From Candidatus Woesearchaeota archaeon (lineage in GTDB: Archaea; Nanobdellota; Nanobdellia; Woesearchaeales; UBA11576): a stretch of DNA of 64,000 nucleotides. The stretch lies in the NCBI GenBank assembly GCA_013203345.1, contig JABMQF010000062.1:2490-66489 (forward strand), given 5' to 3'. Shown here piece by piece: positions 47,391 to 57,531 of this stretch (within the stretch, counting starts at the first letter, position 1; each line of letters begins with the position of its first letter). A program made the position numbers and the translations under genes. The notes beneath the pieces are model-generated. The model worked only from the letters and a program-made list of their open reading frames with translations, had not been told where the DNA came from and did no database searches.

Positions 47391-47933
47391 TCACTCCATC
47401 ACAAAAATCTCTTGCTCAGAGCCCTTTCTGAGCCTCATCACAGCCTTTGCATCTGTTCCTTGACTTAAGATTGTGAATTTATAAATGTTTTCATGGAAAA
47501 CATCGTCCCTGACCTCCAAAACCATTTCTGAGACTGCGGAACGCAGGAAATACTCATAAGAACCTGAATCAACAGTCTGATTCAGGTTGATTATGTGAAC
47601 AGGGTTGTTCATGTGGTTAGATACATACACCCTATTTCCCGTCTCAAGAACTGTAACTGTCTCTATGTTTAGCTTCTTCATTCTCGAGTAAGAAATAAAT
47701 GATTCAAGGAAAACCTCAAACTCCTCATTAACATCCTCTCGTTCAAACAATGCGTTATTCAACGCAGCATGACTCTCAAAAGCGAAGTTGTCAAATGCGT
47801 GCCTGAAATTCTTTGATGAATAAGGCACCACACTCAATGACTGCAAAAGCAGAAGAGAGTATGCAATAAGCATAATAGCTGTCAGTATGTAAAACTGCGA
47901 TTTCCTGTTATTCAATATCTTCATCATTAACAA
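47391..47933 (-). CDS. pilin-like protein
   Basis: NNRKSQFYILTAIMLIAYSLLLL N-terminus. Confidence 0.5.
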   Translation of the reverse strand: MLMMKILNNRKSQFYILTAIMLIAYSLLLLQSLSVVPYSSKNFRHAFDNFAFESHAALNNALFEREDVNEEFEVFLESFISYSRMKKLNIETVTVLETGNRVYVSNHMNNPVHIINLNQTVDSGSYEYFLRSAVSEMVLEVRDDVFHENIYKFTILSQGTDAKAVMRLRKGSEQEIFVME

Positions 47934-47937
47934 CCTT

Positions 47938-50526
47938 TCATTCTATTGTTATTGTGACATTCACCCTTCCATCAGATGTAACACCCTGATGATTAAGGTA
48001 TATATCATATTTGCCTGGCATCAGTTTAATATTACCACCTAAGTAAATATCAGAGTAACGCAGTTCGTTCTGCATAATATTTGACGCGTCCTTGCCGCTG
48101 AAACCAAAACTTGGATTCTCCACATCAAGGAAACTATCATCATCAAGCTCATCATTCACATCATCAAGGTCAAAGCTGCGCGACATGAATATCTTGATTG
48201 TGCTGCCATCTGTTGTGGCAGTTATTCGCCCTGTGTTAATGTCTGCAGGAGCCTCACTCGCAGCACCGACATAACCGTCGCCCTCGGGGACATAGCACAA
48301 TGTGGTGCCATGTACGCCGCAATTGGAATAGCGCACAACAAGATTGCCACCAGCAGTAGGAACAAAGTCACGATTAAGCCTTACAAAAACACTTGATGAA
48401 ATTGAAATAACACCAGAATCAGTCTCAGCGACTGCGTAAATCTCATTATTCCCCTGGAAAAGTGTGGCTGCGCTGAATGTGTATGTTGTGTTGAAAACTT
48501 CTGAAGTAGAAGTGTGATTGCTTCCATCAGAGTGAAGCACGACAATGTAAACAGAGGCGTTGCCTGAAACAACAACCTTTACGCTGATGTTATACTCATC
48601 CGCGGATGATTCAAATGTGTCTCCGTCATTAGGATATGCAATAGCAATGCTGACCCCACCCGCTGCCACAATTATTTCGTAATGCGCTGTCTCTCCCCAG
48701 TTGCCTGCGTTGTCAACAGCCTTGACATGGAAATAATGAGTGCCGTCAGGCAATGAACTGAACATGGTGTCCCATACACTGCCTGAATCCTGCAGAACAA
48801 CTTTGATAGCATAATCCCTTGATGATGAGGTGTCTGTGCATGGGAGGGTAGGGTCGCAGACAAATGAACTTGTGGAGGTGTCAATGTCTGACGCAGAAGA
48901 GGCTATGGTAAGGTTATGGCGGTTGTCATCAGTGCTGATGCCTGCTATCACAACATAAATGTCTGCTGTGCTGTCATCCACTGATTCATTGACTTCTAGA
49001 TTGAACTCATATGTTTCTGCATCAAGCATGCTTTGCGCGTAACTTATGTCAAGATACTCTTCAGCAATATTTGTTACAGGCACACCACCCTGAAATGTTG
49101 TGACTCCAGCACCTTCTACTACACGGACAAGATAAGCCCTAACACCCATAGCATCAGGAAGATCTGAAACAAGCTCTGAAAGTTTGACACTAACAATAAG
49201 AGTGTCATTGATAGTGATGTTAGTGTGAAGCTGAGTTGAAACAGCAAAAGTATTTGGCGACGGTGTGCTGCTATTCGCCCTTAGTAACTGAAACGAACCA
49301 TCATTACTCATACTTGAAAGAATCTCAAGATATCTTGACTCTGCAACACTGTCAGGCGCAGTTCCTGGATACGAGTCAATAGTGTATGAGTAGCCTGCGA
49401 TGCCGCTCCTGTTGCCTGCAGAGAGTATGTCCTCTGCTGTCCAGTTGAATAATGCATCTGAGATGGCGTATGCAGTGCTTTCTATTGGGTGTGATGTACT
49501 AGATACATTAGGAACAGCAGGCGCGGTAAAGTCAGTACGCGCACCGTCTGATAATGACGAAGGCGCTGAAATGTTCCAAGGATTGGAAGCGATGACTTCG
49601 AATACGTACAGTGTGTTCTCCTCAAGTGTGAGACCAGTCACAGTCACCTCTGCATCTCTACCTGTGCTTGTGAAGTTGCAATCATTGTTGTAGCAAGAAT
49701 TATTCTCAATAATCCTATACCTGTAATGTATTTCAGAAATATCCTCAGTCGCGTTGAACCAGTGCGCTGAAAGAGTGCTGTTAGATGAAATCCAGTCAAT
49801 GTCCGAAGCTTCGAGTCCGTCGAATACTACAGGAGCTGTGGGCGGGGTGATGTCCTGAGTGTAATGATACATAATAGATTCATTGTAAACAACAGTGTTG
49901 TCATTCGTATCTCTCACCTCATAATAAACAGTCTTGTTGCCTTCCCCAGGACTGAGAATCCAAGGCTTGAAAATCGTACAATTCTCCCAGGGCGCTGCCG
50001 CGAGATTTGTCAAATTATCATTAGCATAACGACAAGCATCCACTCCAAAATTATCCTCATAAGTAAGTTCAAGCATCACTGAACTCGACGCAGTTATGTT
50101 TGTGAAGTTCTGCCAGCGTATGGCAATCGAACCAGTAGGAGGTGTTCCGTCTGTGACTGTAAGCCGCAAATTAACATTCAATGACGCATTCACGCTATTG
50201 CACCCGTAAACATGCGCGTCCTGCTGTGCGAACACTGCGAACGCACACTCATAACCTGCAGGGACAGAACCTGAAGCACTTGTCTGCATACTCCATACCA
50301 AAGTAGTGTTTGAATTGTTGAGGCAGACACTATCGCTGTAGTAGTTATTGATAGAGACATGCGAGTTGGTGTCGTTGTAAAGCTGGACAAGATTGATTGA
50401 ATTTGTTCCGCAGCCGTCGTCGAGCGTGGTTACGTTTGATTGACACGCAACAGTCCAATCAAAATCAGTTCTATTACCAAACTCAACATGCGAATTATCC
50501 AACTGGTACATGTTGATGATGGGCAC
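47938..50526 (-). CDS. large Ig-like-domain surface protein (adhesin-like), paralog family member 1; N-terminus probably mis-called
   Basis: Shares TPPTAPVVFDG and HYFHVKAVDNAGNWG...HYEIIVAAGGV motifs and the C-terminal ...GRVNVTITIE ending with 55240-57531 and 57528-60719. See the finding on the missing signal peptide. Confidence 0.6.
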   Translation of the reverse strand: MPIINMYQLDNSHVEFGNRTDFDWTVACQSNVTTLDDGCGTNSINLVQLYNDTNSHVSINNYYSDSVCLNNSNTTLVWSMQTSASGSVPAGYECAFAVFAQQDAHVYGCNSVNASLNVNLRLTVTDGTPPTGSIAIRWQNFTNITASSSVMLELTYEDNFGVDACRYANDNLTNLAAAPWENCTIFKPWILSPGEGNKTVYYEVRDTNDNTVVYNESIMYHYTQDITPPTAPVVFDGLEASDIDWISSNSTLSAHWFNATEDISEIHYRYRIIENNSCYNNDCNFTSTGRDAEVTVTGLTLEENTLYVFEVIASNPWNISAPSSLSDGARTDFTAPAVPNVSSTSHPIESTAYAISDALFNWTAEDILSAGNRSGIAGYSYTIDSYPGTAPDSVAESRYLEILSSMSNDGSFQLLRANSSTPSPNTFAVSTQLHTNITINDTLIVSVKLSELVSDLPDAMGVRAYLVRVVEGAGVTTFQGGVPVTNIAEEYLDISYAQSMLDAETYEFNLEVNESVDDSTADIYVVIAGISTDDNRHNLTIASSASDIDTSTSSFVCDPTLPCTDTSSSRDYAIKVVLQDSGSVWDTMFSSLPDGTHYFHVKAVDNAGNWGETAHYEIIVAAGGVSIAIAYPNDGDTFESSADEYNISVKVVVSGNASVYIVVLHSDGSNHTSTSEVFNTTYTFSAATLFQGNNEIYAVAETDSGVISISSSVFVRLNRDFVPTAGGNLVVRYSNCGVHGTTLCYVPEGDGYVGAASEAPADINTGRITATTDGSTIKIFMSRSFDLDDVNDELDDDSFLDVENPSFGFSGKDASNIMQNELRYSDIYLGGNIKLMPGKYDIYLNHQGVTSDGRVNVTITIE

Positions 50527-50780
50527 AAATCCAGGATCAACTGAAAGACGCGGAAAGATTGTGCAATTTAAGTTGCCTGCTGCGGATGCTATGGGGGCTG
50601 CGAGGGCGATGCATAAGATGATGAAAGCAGGGGCTATTAGGAAGAATGGTGCTATGGTCCATGTTACACGCGTTCTTTTGATGTGGTCACCTAACCTTAT
50701 TCATAAATGTGGCCATAGTGTTGGCCACCTTTATCTTTATGTGGTCAAAATACTGGTTAATTTCATGATTAGTGGTTTGT

Positions 50781-51383
50781 TTAAATAGTCTTTTTGGCAC
50801 TTTCAACCACCTTGATTAACTGATCGTAACCAAACAGGACAATACCTCTTCTCAGTATGCTCAGGACAACTTTATCCATTGATTTGATATTGACCTTCAG
50901 GTCGTCTTTTGTCTGCTTCACTGCATGAATCCTCTTCACACTGAGTCCGCTTATCTCTTTGAGTAGGCTGTTTATCTTCTTGTTCTGGTTATGCTTGAAG
51001 ACCAAAAGCACGTCCACATCACTGAATTCCTTGTGCGACAGGACAGAACCGAACAAGATCCCTATATCCGCAGCGTCCTTAAACTTCCTCAATTCCTTAA
51101 CCCAGCGCTTTACTCTTGGTGTCGAGTGCTCTGCCTCTTTCTGTAGGATGAACCTCAGGTATGTCCTCGTGTAGTCATTGGAAAAATCCATTCTGTAGAA
51201 GACAGCCCGTCCCATCTGCCTTGATTTCAGTATGCCCTGCTTTTCCAGCCTTTTCAGTATCTTCAATGTTCCCATGGGCGTCAAGCCCAATCTCTTACTG
51301 AGGTTGTTGGCATTGTAATCTGTACTGAAATCCTTGAACAAGGTCAGCACAGCATTCATCTCGTTCATTGTCACAGTTTCCAT
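50781..51383 (-). CDS. winged-HTH (MarR/ArsR-like) + minimal nucleotidyltransferase fusion
   Basis: N-terminal NNLSKRLGLTPMGTLKILKRLEKQGILKS wHTH. C-terminal AADIGILFGSVLSHKEFSDVDVLLVF NTase signature. Confidence 0.7.
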   Translation of the reverse strand: METVTMNEMNAVLTLFKDFSTDYNANNLSKRLGLTPMGTLKILKRLEKQGILKSRQMGRAVFYRMDFSNDYTRTYLRFILQKEAEHSTPRVKRWVKELRKFKDAADIGILFGSVLSHKEFSDVDVLLVFKHNQNKKINSLLKEISGLSVKRIHAVKQTKDDLKVNIKSMDKVVLSILRRGIVLFGYDQLIKVVESAKKTI

Positions 51384-51560
51384 CTAAACCACCAGTTTAT
51401 ATATATAAACTTTTAGTTTATATATGTTTTGGAGGGGATTGTTGTTCAATATGCTAGGAAAGGAGCACCTAGAGAGGATAGCAGGGGCTAACAAAACAAA
51501 AAGTGCAATGTCCTTGATTGGATTGTTATTCATTTTGTTTGTTTGAATTTTTTGGTCATT

Positions 51561-54500
51561 TTATCCGGAATGATATGTGCAGGATATGAGTTTTGACCTA
51601 AATCCTTTCTCAGCATCCAAGGGTACTTCGCTCCAATCAACTGGTTCTGTCGCTTTTGCGACAGTATAACTATGCACCAGGTCATCGTGTTGCTTAATTG
51701 CATGCCCTTTTGTGATTGATGACGTGAGATAGTCTCCTATCTCTATGTCTCCACCATCCTCTGTCACAAGTATATGCCCGTCACCAAGCGCGTTTATCGC
51801 GTGTTGATTGCCACTTTCCGCATCATCATGCTTCCCTGCATAGACACCCATGACAGACTTGTCAGCAGCGCCTGTGCATGGCTTGACATAATAATCCGCC
51901 TGCCTGGGCCTGTCAGGATTGTACTTGGATGATACCAAACACATCACAGTACCATAAGGAAGACCCTCCTCGTTATGTTCTACAGGGATAGAAGCATCGT
52001 GCGCACCTGTAAACGGACCATAATAGACTGTACCCCCACTAAACCAAATATCGCCTTGGTGAGTTCCATCCCCATCCTCCATTCTCATAACAATGTTGTT
52101 TTCCGTACTATCATTCGAGCCTGATCTGATTCTAATACCACTTCCACCTGTAACCCCTGCATCATGCTCAAAATTGGCGACATAGGTTGGTTGTGCACTA
52201 GCATGAACATCAAGAATATAAGAAGGATTGGAAGTGATCCCTACACCAATTCTATCCGCAATCAAATAACCATCCGTCGGAGGAGTACAGCTACCATCAT
52301 TATCAATGCACACACCACCATCAACTATCTTAACATCACCCGCTCCAGCAGAGGTATCACATACATTGTCGTTATCTATACAAAGACCCCCGTTGATAGT
52401 CAATCGAGATGAAGCCGCATTCGTACCGATACCAACATTGCCACCGGGATCGAAAGTTACCCTTGTAGGATTAACACCATAGTCGGCACTGGGACCATAT
52501 GTGAATCTCAACTTACTTGATCCTGAGCCACCAGTAGTCTCACGAGCAATTCCCCAGTTGTCCATCACAGCACCTGCATCCGTCATCTCCACAAGTGAAA
52601 TTGCTGAACCCCAAGTAGCACCATCATCACTGTACAGACCAAGAACAGCATTGGTTGCTTCAACAAGTATCTCAGTCTCAGTAGGTTCTCCAGAATCAAT
52701 ACTTAAATCAGTCTGCTGCACATGCAGCATTGCCCGAGCCTGAACAGTTCCAATACCTACCTCTGCATTATTATCAATAGTCATTGCGATCTGACCGTTC
52801 TGACCAAAATGAAAATAGCCATCATTTTCAAGCATCAAATACAGTGCATTTGCCTGAGAATCCGTGTATAGATTGCCAGCATCACCTTCCAAACCGAAAG
52901 CTCCAACTGTCACGCCACCATCCTGTCGAATCTCAACTCTTGGATTCTCATTCTCATCGACGTTATCGTTGTCTGAATCAGCCTCGACAATTAACATAGT
53001 ATCTGAAATATTACTTATGTGCAGATTTGATTCTGGCAAGTTAGTACCTATACCCATGTTACCCGAATCCCTTTCGAACGTCCATCTTTCAGTAGGTGTG
53101 CCGCTGAGGTCCCAGATACCCATCCGGGTATTGGCGTCATCATACATTATGCTCATATGCGAGCTGTATGTATCAGGAGTAGGATCTTCCTGAGTGGTAA
53201 ATGTGCTGAACTCTATAGCACTACTTCCACTGATTGGTGTTGCAAGCATTATGTCAGCCTCAGATCCCGAATCACCAGTATCTCTAATCTCAAGATCAGC
53301 AGCAAATGGCTTATCAGTTGCTATACCCGCACTGCCTGTTGCTCGCGCAATCGAAAATGCATTAAATCCGCTGACACTATTATCATGAGTGACTATAGCA
53401 AAAGTATCCTCAGGCACACCCAGGATATTTCCTGAATTGTTGCCATTGTACACAACAGAGACACCATAAGTTCCTGTATCATTCTCCTGGAAGAATATTC
53501 TTCCACCACCGCTGTTATCATCTCCTAAACCATTTATCAGTATTCCTTCATCAAGATCATTAGGTGTTGCGAAGCGAGCAGCCCCATTAACTGTCAGCAC
53601 TTCAGTCGGGCCTGACGTACCTATTCCAACCCTGTCGTTAGTCCTATCCACCACAAGTGTGTTCGTGTCGACAGCCAGTCCACCACCTATTGTAGTGTCC
53701 TCATTGCCATCGCTGTCGATTGTCACAGCATCTGTTGTGGTAGCGCCCTGGGTCGTGACCTGCTGGAGGTTCTGCTTCTCAGTAGGGAAGCTTATCGCCT
53801 GGCAGGTGAGGTCGCCCTGATTATCTATCGACTGCACTGACTGGATGTTCGAGCAAGTGCCGTCAAAGAAATCAGTCCCGTCGCTGTCCAAGAGGTTTGC
53901 AACCACCGCGTTGCCGTCGACCTCCAGCTCATCCTCTATGTAGACATCGCCATCACCGTCGGCGTAGCCTATCGACCCTGCGTCGCCAACCCTTACCAGG
54001 CCATTTACGAACTGCCCAGAATACCCATCTGCGTTGCCCAATACACCAACATTAAAACTGCCTCCACTAGCCTCGAAACGCCCCCCATAATGAGTTCCAG
54101 TTCCGCTAGATCCATCGGCAACACCACGCACACCAATATTCGTACCAGTTGAGTCATGGTTAGAAAAATACCCGCCTGTTTCCACACCAACGCCCACCAC
54201 TCCGTCTGTTGAGCGGCCTAAAATACCATAATTGTTGGAGTCATACTCTGCGTAGACCATATAACTAGGCAATCCCTGGCCTCCTACTGCAAGTGCTGAT
54301 AAGGGAGAAGCGGTCCGGATGCCTACCCTGTTGTTGTCCTCATCTACGTTGAAGGTCGTGCCGTCAACAGCAAGACCTCCTCCTATTGTGGTGTCCTCAT
54401 CGCCGTTGCTGTCTATTGTGACAGCGTGCGTCGTTGTGGCAGCTATGTCTGTGACATCCTGCAGGTCCTGGGTCTCAGCAGGGAAGTTTATTGCTTGGCA

Positions 54501-55238
54501 TTGGAGGTCGCCCTGAGAATCTATCGACTGGACTGACTGGGTGTTAGAGCAGGTATTGTCAAAGAAACTACCCGCCCCATCATTATCATAAAGGTTTGTA
54601 AGTTCAACATCACCATTGACCTCGAGATCGCTGCTAGGGCTCGCAGTGCCTATGCCAACCCTGTCGTTAGTCGTGTCCCAGAAGAAGTTTGTGTCATATG
54701 ACAGGGAGGTCGCGCCAGTCCATACAGCAAGGTATCCTGTCGCACCAGATCCTGTAACAGTTCCTCCTGCTCCTGTGTCATCACTTCCGCACTGGCCTAC
54801 ACCATCTATCCATTTCAGAACCTGGCCGTTGGCGCAGTTGTTCCATAATGTTATGTTGGTGACATTCAGTGTTCCGTTTACAGTCAGGTTTCCGTTCACG
54901 AACAGGTTGCCGTCGATGTAATTTCCCATGCCAGCAGTGCTCAGGCAGTTGCCTCCTGTGATGCAGATGTCGCCTGTCGCGTTGATGTCTGTCGCGTTGA
55001 GTGAATAAGCGCCGAGGTTGAGGTCCTGATCAACAGGGAACATCTCTGAGAGTGGGTGGTGCTGGACCTGGGCGAGAGCTGTCGCTACGAGGAGCACAGA
55101 CAAGAAGGTCAGACAGGTCAAAAACGCAGCAGTCCTGCGGGCGCTTCTTGGCAGCAATGCTGTCGTGCGCTGAAAAAACCTTTGTCCTTTCTTTACTCTC
55201 ATTCTTTTCTCCTCGTTCACCTTATCCAAATTATTCAC
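51561..55238 (-). CDS. giant secreted protein with phage-tail-fibre-like RVGIGTxSP repeats
   Basis: N-terminal signal/TM (FLTCLTFLSVLLVATALAQ). At least 7 copies of the (D/N)RVGIGT(x)SP...L.V motif. One ~100-aa module duplicated (NLYDNDGAGSFFDNTCSNTQSVQSIDSQGDLQCQAINFPAETQ... and NLLDSDGTDFFDGTCSNIQSVQSIDNQGDLTCQAISFPTEKQ...). Confidence 0.6.
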   Translation of the reverse strand: MNNLDKVNEEKRMRVKKGQRFFQRTTALLPRSARRTAAFLTCLTFLSVLLVATALAQVQHHPLSEMFPVDQDLNLGAYSLNATDINATGDICITGGNCLSTAGMGNYIDGNLFVNGNLTVNGTLNVTNITLWNNCANGQVLKWIDGVGQCGSDDTGAGGTVTGSGATGYLAVWTGATSLSYDTNFFWDTTNDRVGIGTASPSSDLEVNGDVELTNLYDNDGAGSFFDNTCSNTQSVQSIDSQGDLQCQAINFPAETQDLQDVTDIAATTTHAVTIDSNGDEDTTIGGGLAVDGTTFNVDEDNNRVGIRTASPLSALAVGGQGLPSYMVYAEYDSNNYGILGRSTDGVVGVGVETGGYFSNHDSTGTNIGVRGVADGSSGTGTHYGGRFEASGGSFNVGVLGNADGYSGQFVNGLVRVGDAGSIGYADGDGDVYIEDELEVDGNAVVANLLDSDGTDFFDGTCSNIQSVQSIDNQGDLTCQAISFPTEKQNLQQVTTQGATTTDAVTIDSDGNEDTTIGGGLAVDTNTLVVDRTNDRVGIGTSGPTEVLTVNGAARFATPNDLDEGILINGLGDDNSGGGRIFFQENDTGTYGVSVVYNGNNSGNILGVPEDTFAIVTHDNSVSGFNAFSIARATGSAGIATDKPFAADLEIRDTGDSGSEADIMLATPISGSSAIEFSTFTTQEDPTPDTYSSHMSIMYDDANTRMGIWDLSGTPTERWTFERDSGNMGIGTNLPESNLHISNISDTMLIVEADSDNDNVDENENPRVEIRQDGGVTVGAFGLEGDAGNLYTDSQANALYLMLENDGYFHFGQNGQIAMTIDNNAEVGIGTVQARAMLHVQQTDLSIDSGEPTETEILVEATNAVLGLYSDDGATWGSAISLVEMTDAGAVMDNWGIARETTGGSGSSKLRFTYGPSADYGVNPTRVTFDPGGNVGIGTNAASSRLTINGGLCIDNDNVCDTSAGAGDVKIVDGGVCIDNDGSCTPPTDGYLIADRIGVGITSNPSYILDVHASAQPTYVANFEHDAGVTGGSGIRIRSGSNDSTENNIVMRMEDGDGTHQGDIWFSGGTVYYGPFTGAHDASIPVEHNEEGLPYGTVMCLVSSKYNPDRPRQADYYVKPCTGAADKSVMGVYAGKHDDAESGNQHAINALGDGHILVTEDGGDIEIGDYLTSSITKGHAIKQHDDLVHSYTVAKATEPVDWSEVPLDAEKGFRSKLISCTYHSG

Positions 55239-55239
55239 C

Positions 55240-57531
55240 TCATTCTATTGAAAGCGTTATGTTCTGGGCACCAAACAATGTGTGACCACCTTTTCTTATG
55301 TACAATTTATGAACGCCTGGCGATACCCTGAAGTCACCGTCAAGACGTATATCAAGATAACGCAATTCTGTTCTCAACAAATAAGAGGAAATACCTCTTT
55401 CAAATCCAAACATAGGATTCACAACATCCAGGAATGTGTTCTCGGCAAGCTCTGATGCAACAGAACCTGTGTCAAAAGGCCGCGTCATGTAAAGTTTGAT
55501 AGTATTTAATGATGTATCGGCCTGTAGTGAAGGCTCAGATATCGAACCAAGATCTTCAGTAGCGAGACCTACATAAGATGTTGTCTCATCAGCATTGCAG
55601 ATGTATGGCAGAGCTGTTGCAGAACAACCAGGATACCGCACCCTCAATGTCTTGTTCATGAAAGGCTGTTCACCTGGCGCAACAGTTATGAAAACTCCTG
55701 GACTGCGAGCCATAGCACCATTAGAATTGTTAGTCAATGCATATATCTCGTCCTGACCGAGCTCAACAGTTATGTTCTCAAATGAAGCTGTGCCTTCGAA
55801 AACCTGCGGAAGGGAGACAGAGCTGCTTCCATCAGCATGCTCTGCCACGACCCTAACAGTCGCGTTGCTGCTCACAGACACCAGGACTGTTATGTTTTTC
55901 TCAAAACCATCAGTGATAAAGACCTCTCCGTTAAGCGGAGATACAACCATAGACTCGACTCCACCAGCAGCAACAATTATCCTATAATGATTAGGATCGC
56001 CCCAATTGCCTGCCATATCCTTTGCCTTGACGTGGAAATAATATATTCCATCAGCAAGAAGATCATACACAGCTGTCCAGTCATTCCTTGCGGATCTTCT
56101 CTTAACCTCAATTGAATAATCAAGTGATGTTGTGTTCTCAACACAAGAGTTAGACTCATCACATACAAAACAACGAGTGGTGTTATCTACATCTGTAGCT
56201 GTGCGAGCTATCGCAAGAGGATTACGGTTATCATCATCGTCAGTCATTGCTGCGACTACAACATAAAGGTCGTCGACATCTTCATTTAAAGACTCATTCA
56301 CCACGAGCTCGAAAGAATAGATGCGCGCAAGACCCATTGTCTCTGCATAACGCACATCGAACTCTTCTGAATATATATTTGACACTGCACTGCCTGTAAG
56401 GTTGAACAGGGATACTAGCGTGCCACCAGTGTTCCTTGCAAGATATACCCTAACACCCGAAAGGTCAGAGTAATCACTAAATTGCTCAGCAAGAGCCACC
56501 CTGACAAGAACAGTGTCATTTACAGAAATATTAAAATGAAGCTGACTGAACACAGAATACGCAAGTCCTGTTCCATTGTTCTTCAATGTCTGATTATCAT
56601 TTCCTTTGCGCAAACGCTCAAGACGCTCCCATCCTCTTGTGTCAATATAATTATCAGGTGATGTGCCGGGTACTGAATCCAAGATGTAAGAATATCCGTC
56701 TATACCTGACATCATTCCTGCGCTGAGGATGTCATCTGCGCTGAAATTGAAAAGAGCATAAGATATATCATAAGGAAGAGATTGTGATGGGTGCGATGTG
56801 CTTGTAACATTAGGCGCGCCAGGTCTTGTCAGATCTATAAAGACTCCGTCGGATGATGTGACTGATGAATTGAAACCCGAAGGGTTGTATGCCATCACCT
56901 CAAAAGAATAATTATTTCCCTCATCAAGCGCAATGCCTGTGATGTCTACGCTTGTCGCTGTGTTTGCATCTATCCAGACGCATGAGCCAAAGCAAGAACC
57001 ATTCTCAAGTACACGATACTTATAATATAATGTGGATATATCCTCTGTTGCGTTGCGCCATGATGCTGCGAGGGTCGTGTTGCTGTTCCACCAATCAATA
57101 TCCTCAGTACCCCTTCCGTCGATGACTATTGGCGGCAGAGGTTTTGTGTAATCCTGAACAAATCTGTACTCAATAGAATCATTGAAACTAGACGTATGAC
57201 CTGCAAGGTCTCTCAATCCAAAGAAGACAGTCTTATTTCCATATCCCTCACTAAGTATCCAGGCCTTCACAGTTGTGCAAGGCTCCCAAAGAGCTGAATC
57301 AAGATTTGAAGCGACGTCATTAGCCCACCGACAGAAATCAATACCATCAGAAGAACTGTAAGATAGATTGAGCAGAACATTCCTTGTTCCTGTCACTGTT
57401 GTTCCATTCGGACCATATATGGTGATGTATCCTGAAGGTATGTCCGCAGCAACGATGTTCACCAACAACAGCAGTAAAGCTACCATCAGGATACTCGTTC
57501 CAAACAACCTCCTGATTCTTTCCGATATCAT
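55240..57531 (-). CDS. large Ig-like-domain surface protein, paralog 2
   Basis: Signal peptide SILMVALLLLLVNIVAA. Shared motifs TKPLPPIVIDG, HVKAKDMAGNWGDPNHYRIIVAAGGV. C-terminal ...NITLSIE. Confidence 0.6.
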   Translation of the reverse strand: MISERIRRLFGTSILMVALLLLLVNIVAADIPSGYITIYGPNGTTVTGTRNVLLNLSYSSSDGIDFCRWANDVASNLDSALWEPCTTVKAWILSEGYGNKTVFFGLRDLAGHTSSFNDSIEYRFVQDYTKPLPPIVIDGRGTEDIDWWNSNTTLAASWRNATEDISTLYYKYRVLENGSCFGSCVWIDANTATSVDITGIALDEGNNYSFEVMAYNPSGFNSSVTSSDGVFIDLTRPGAPNVTSTSHPSQSLPYDISYALFNFSADDILSAGMMSGIDGYSYILDSVPGTSPDNYIDTRGWERLERLRKGNDNQTLKNNGTGLAYSVFSQLHFNISVNDTVLVRVALAEQFSDYSDLSGVRVYLARNTGGTLVSLFNLTGSAVSNIYSEEFDVRYAETMGLARIYSFELVVNESLNEDVDDLYVVVAAMTDDDDNRNPLAIARTATDVDNTTRCFVCDESNSCVENTTSLDYSIEVKRRSARNDWTAVYDLLADGIYYFHVKAKDMAGNWGDPNHYRIIVAAGGVESMVVSPLNGEVFITDGFEKNITVLVSVSSNATVRVVAEHADGSSSVSLPQVFEGTASFENITVELGQDEIYALTNNSNGAMARSPGVFITVAPGEQPFMNKTLRVRYPGCSATALPYICNADETTSYVGLATEDLGSISEPSLQADTSLNTIKLYMTRPFDTGSVASELAENTFLDVVNPMFGFERGISSYLLRTELRYLDIRLDGDFRVSPGVHKLYIRKGGHTLFGAQNITLSIE

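Noticed and set aside
54900-55238. Possible peptidase-S74 (intramolecular chaperone) domain at the C-terminus of the tail-fibre-like protein
   Set aside because: I could not find the conserved Ser-Asp-x-Arg-x-Lys-type cleavage/catalytic motif by eye. The claim is not supportable without a profile search.
52164-55331. Several 60-110-aa plus-strand ORFs
   Set aside because: All lie antisense inside the 1225-aa giant gene and have no independent support.
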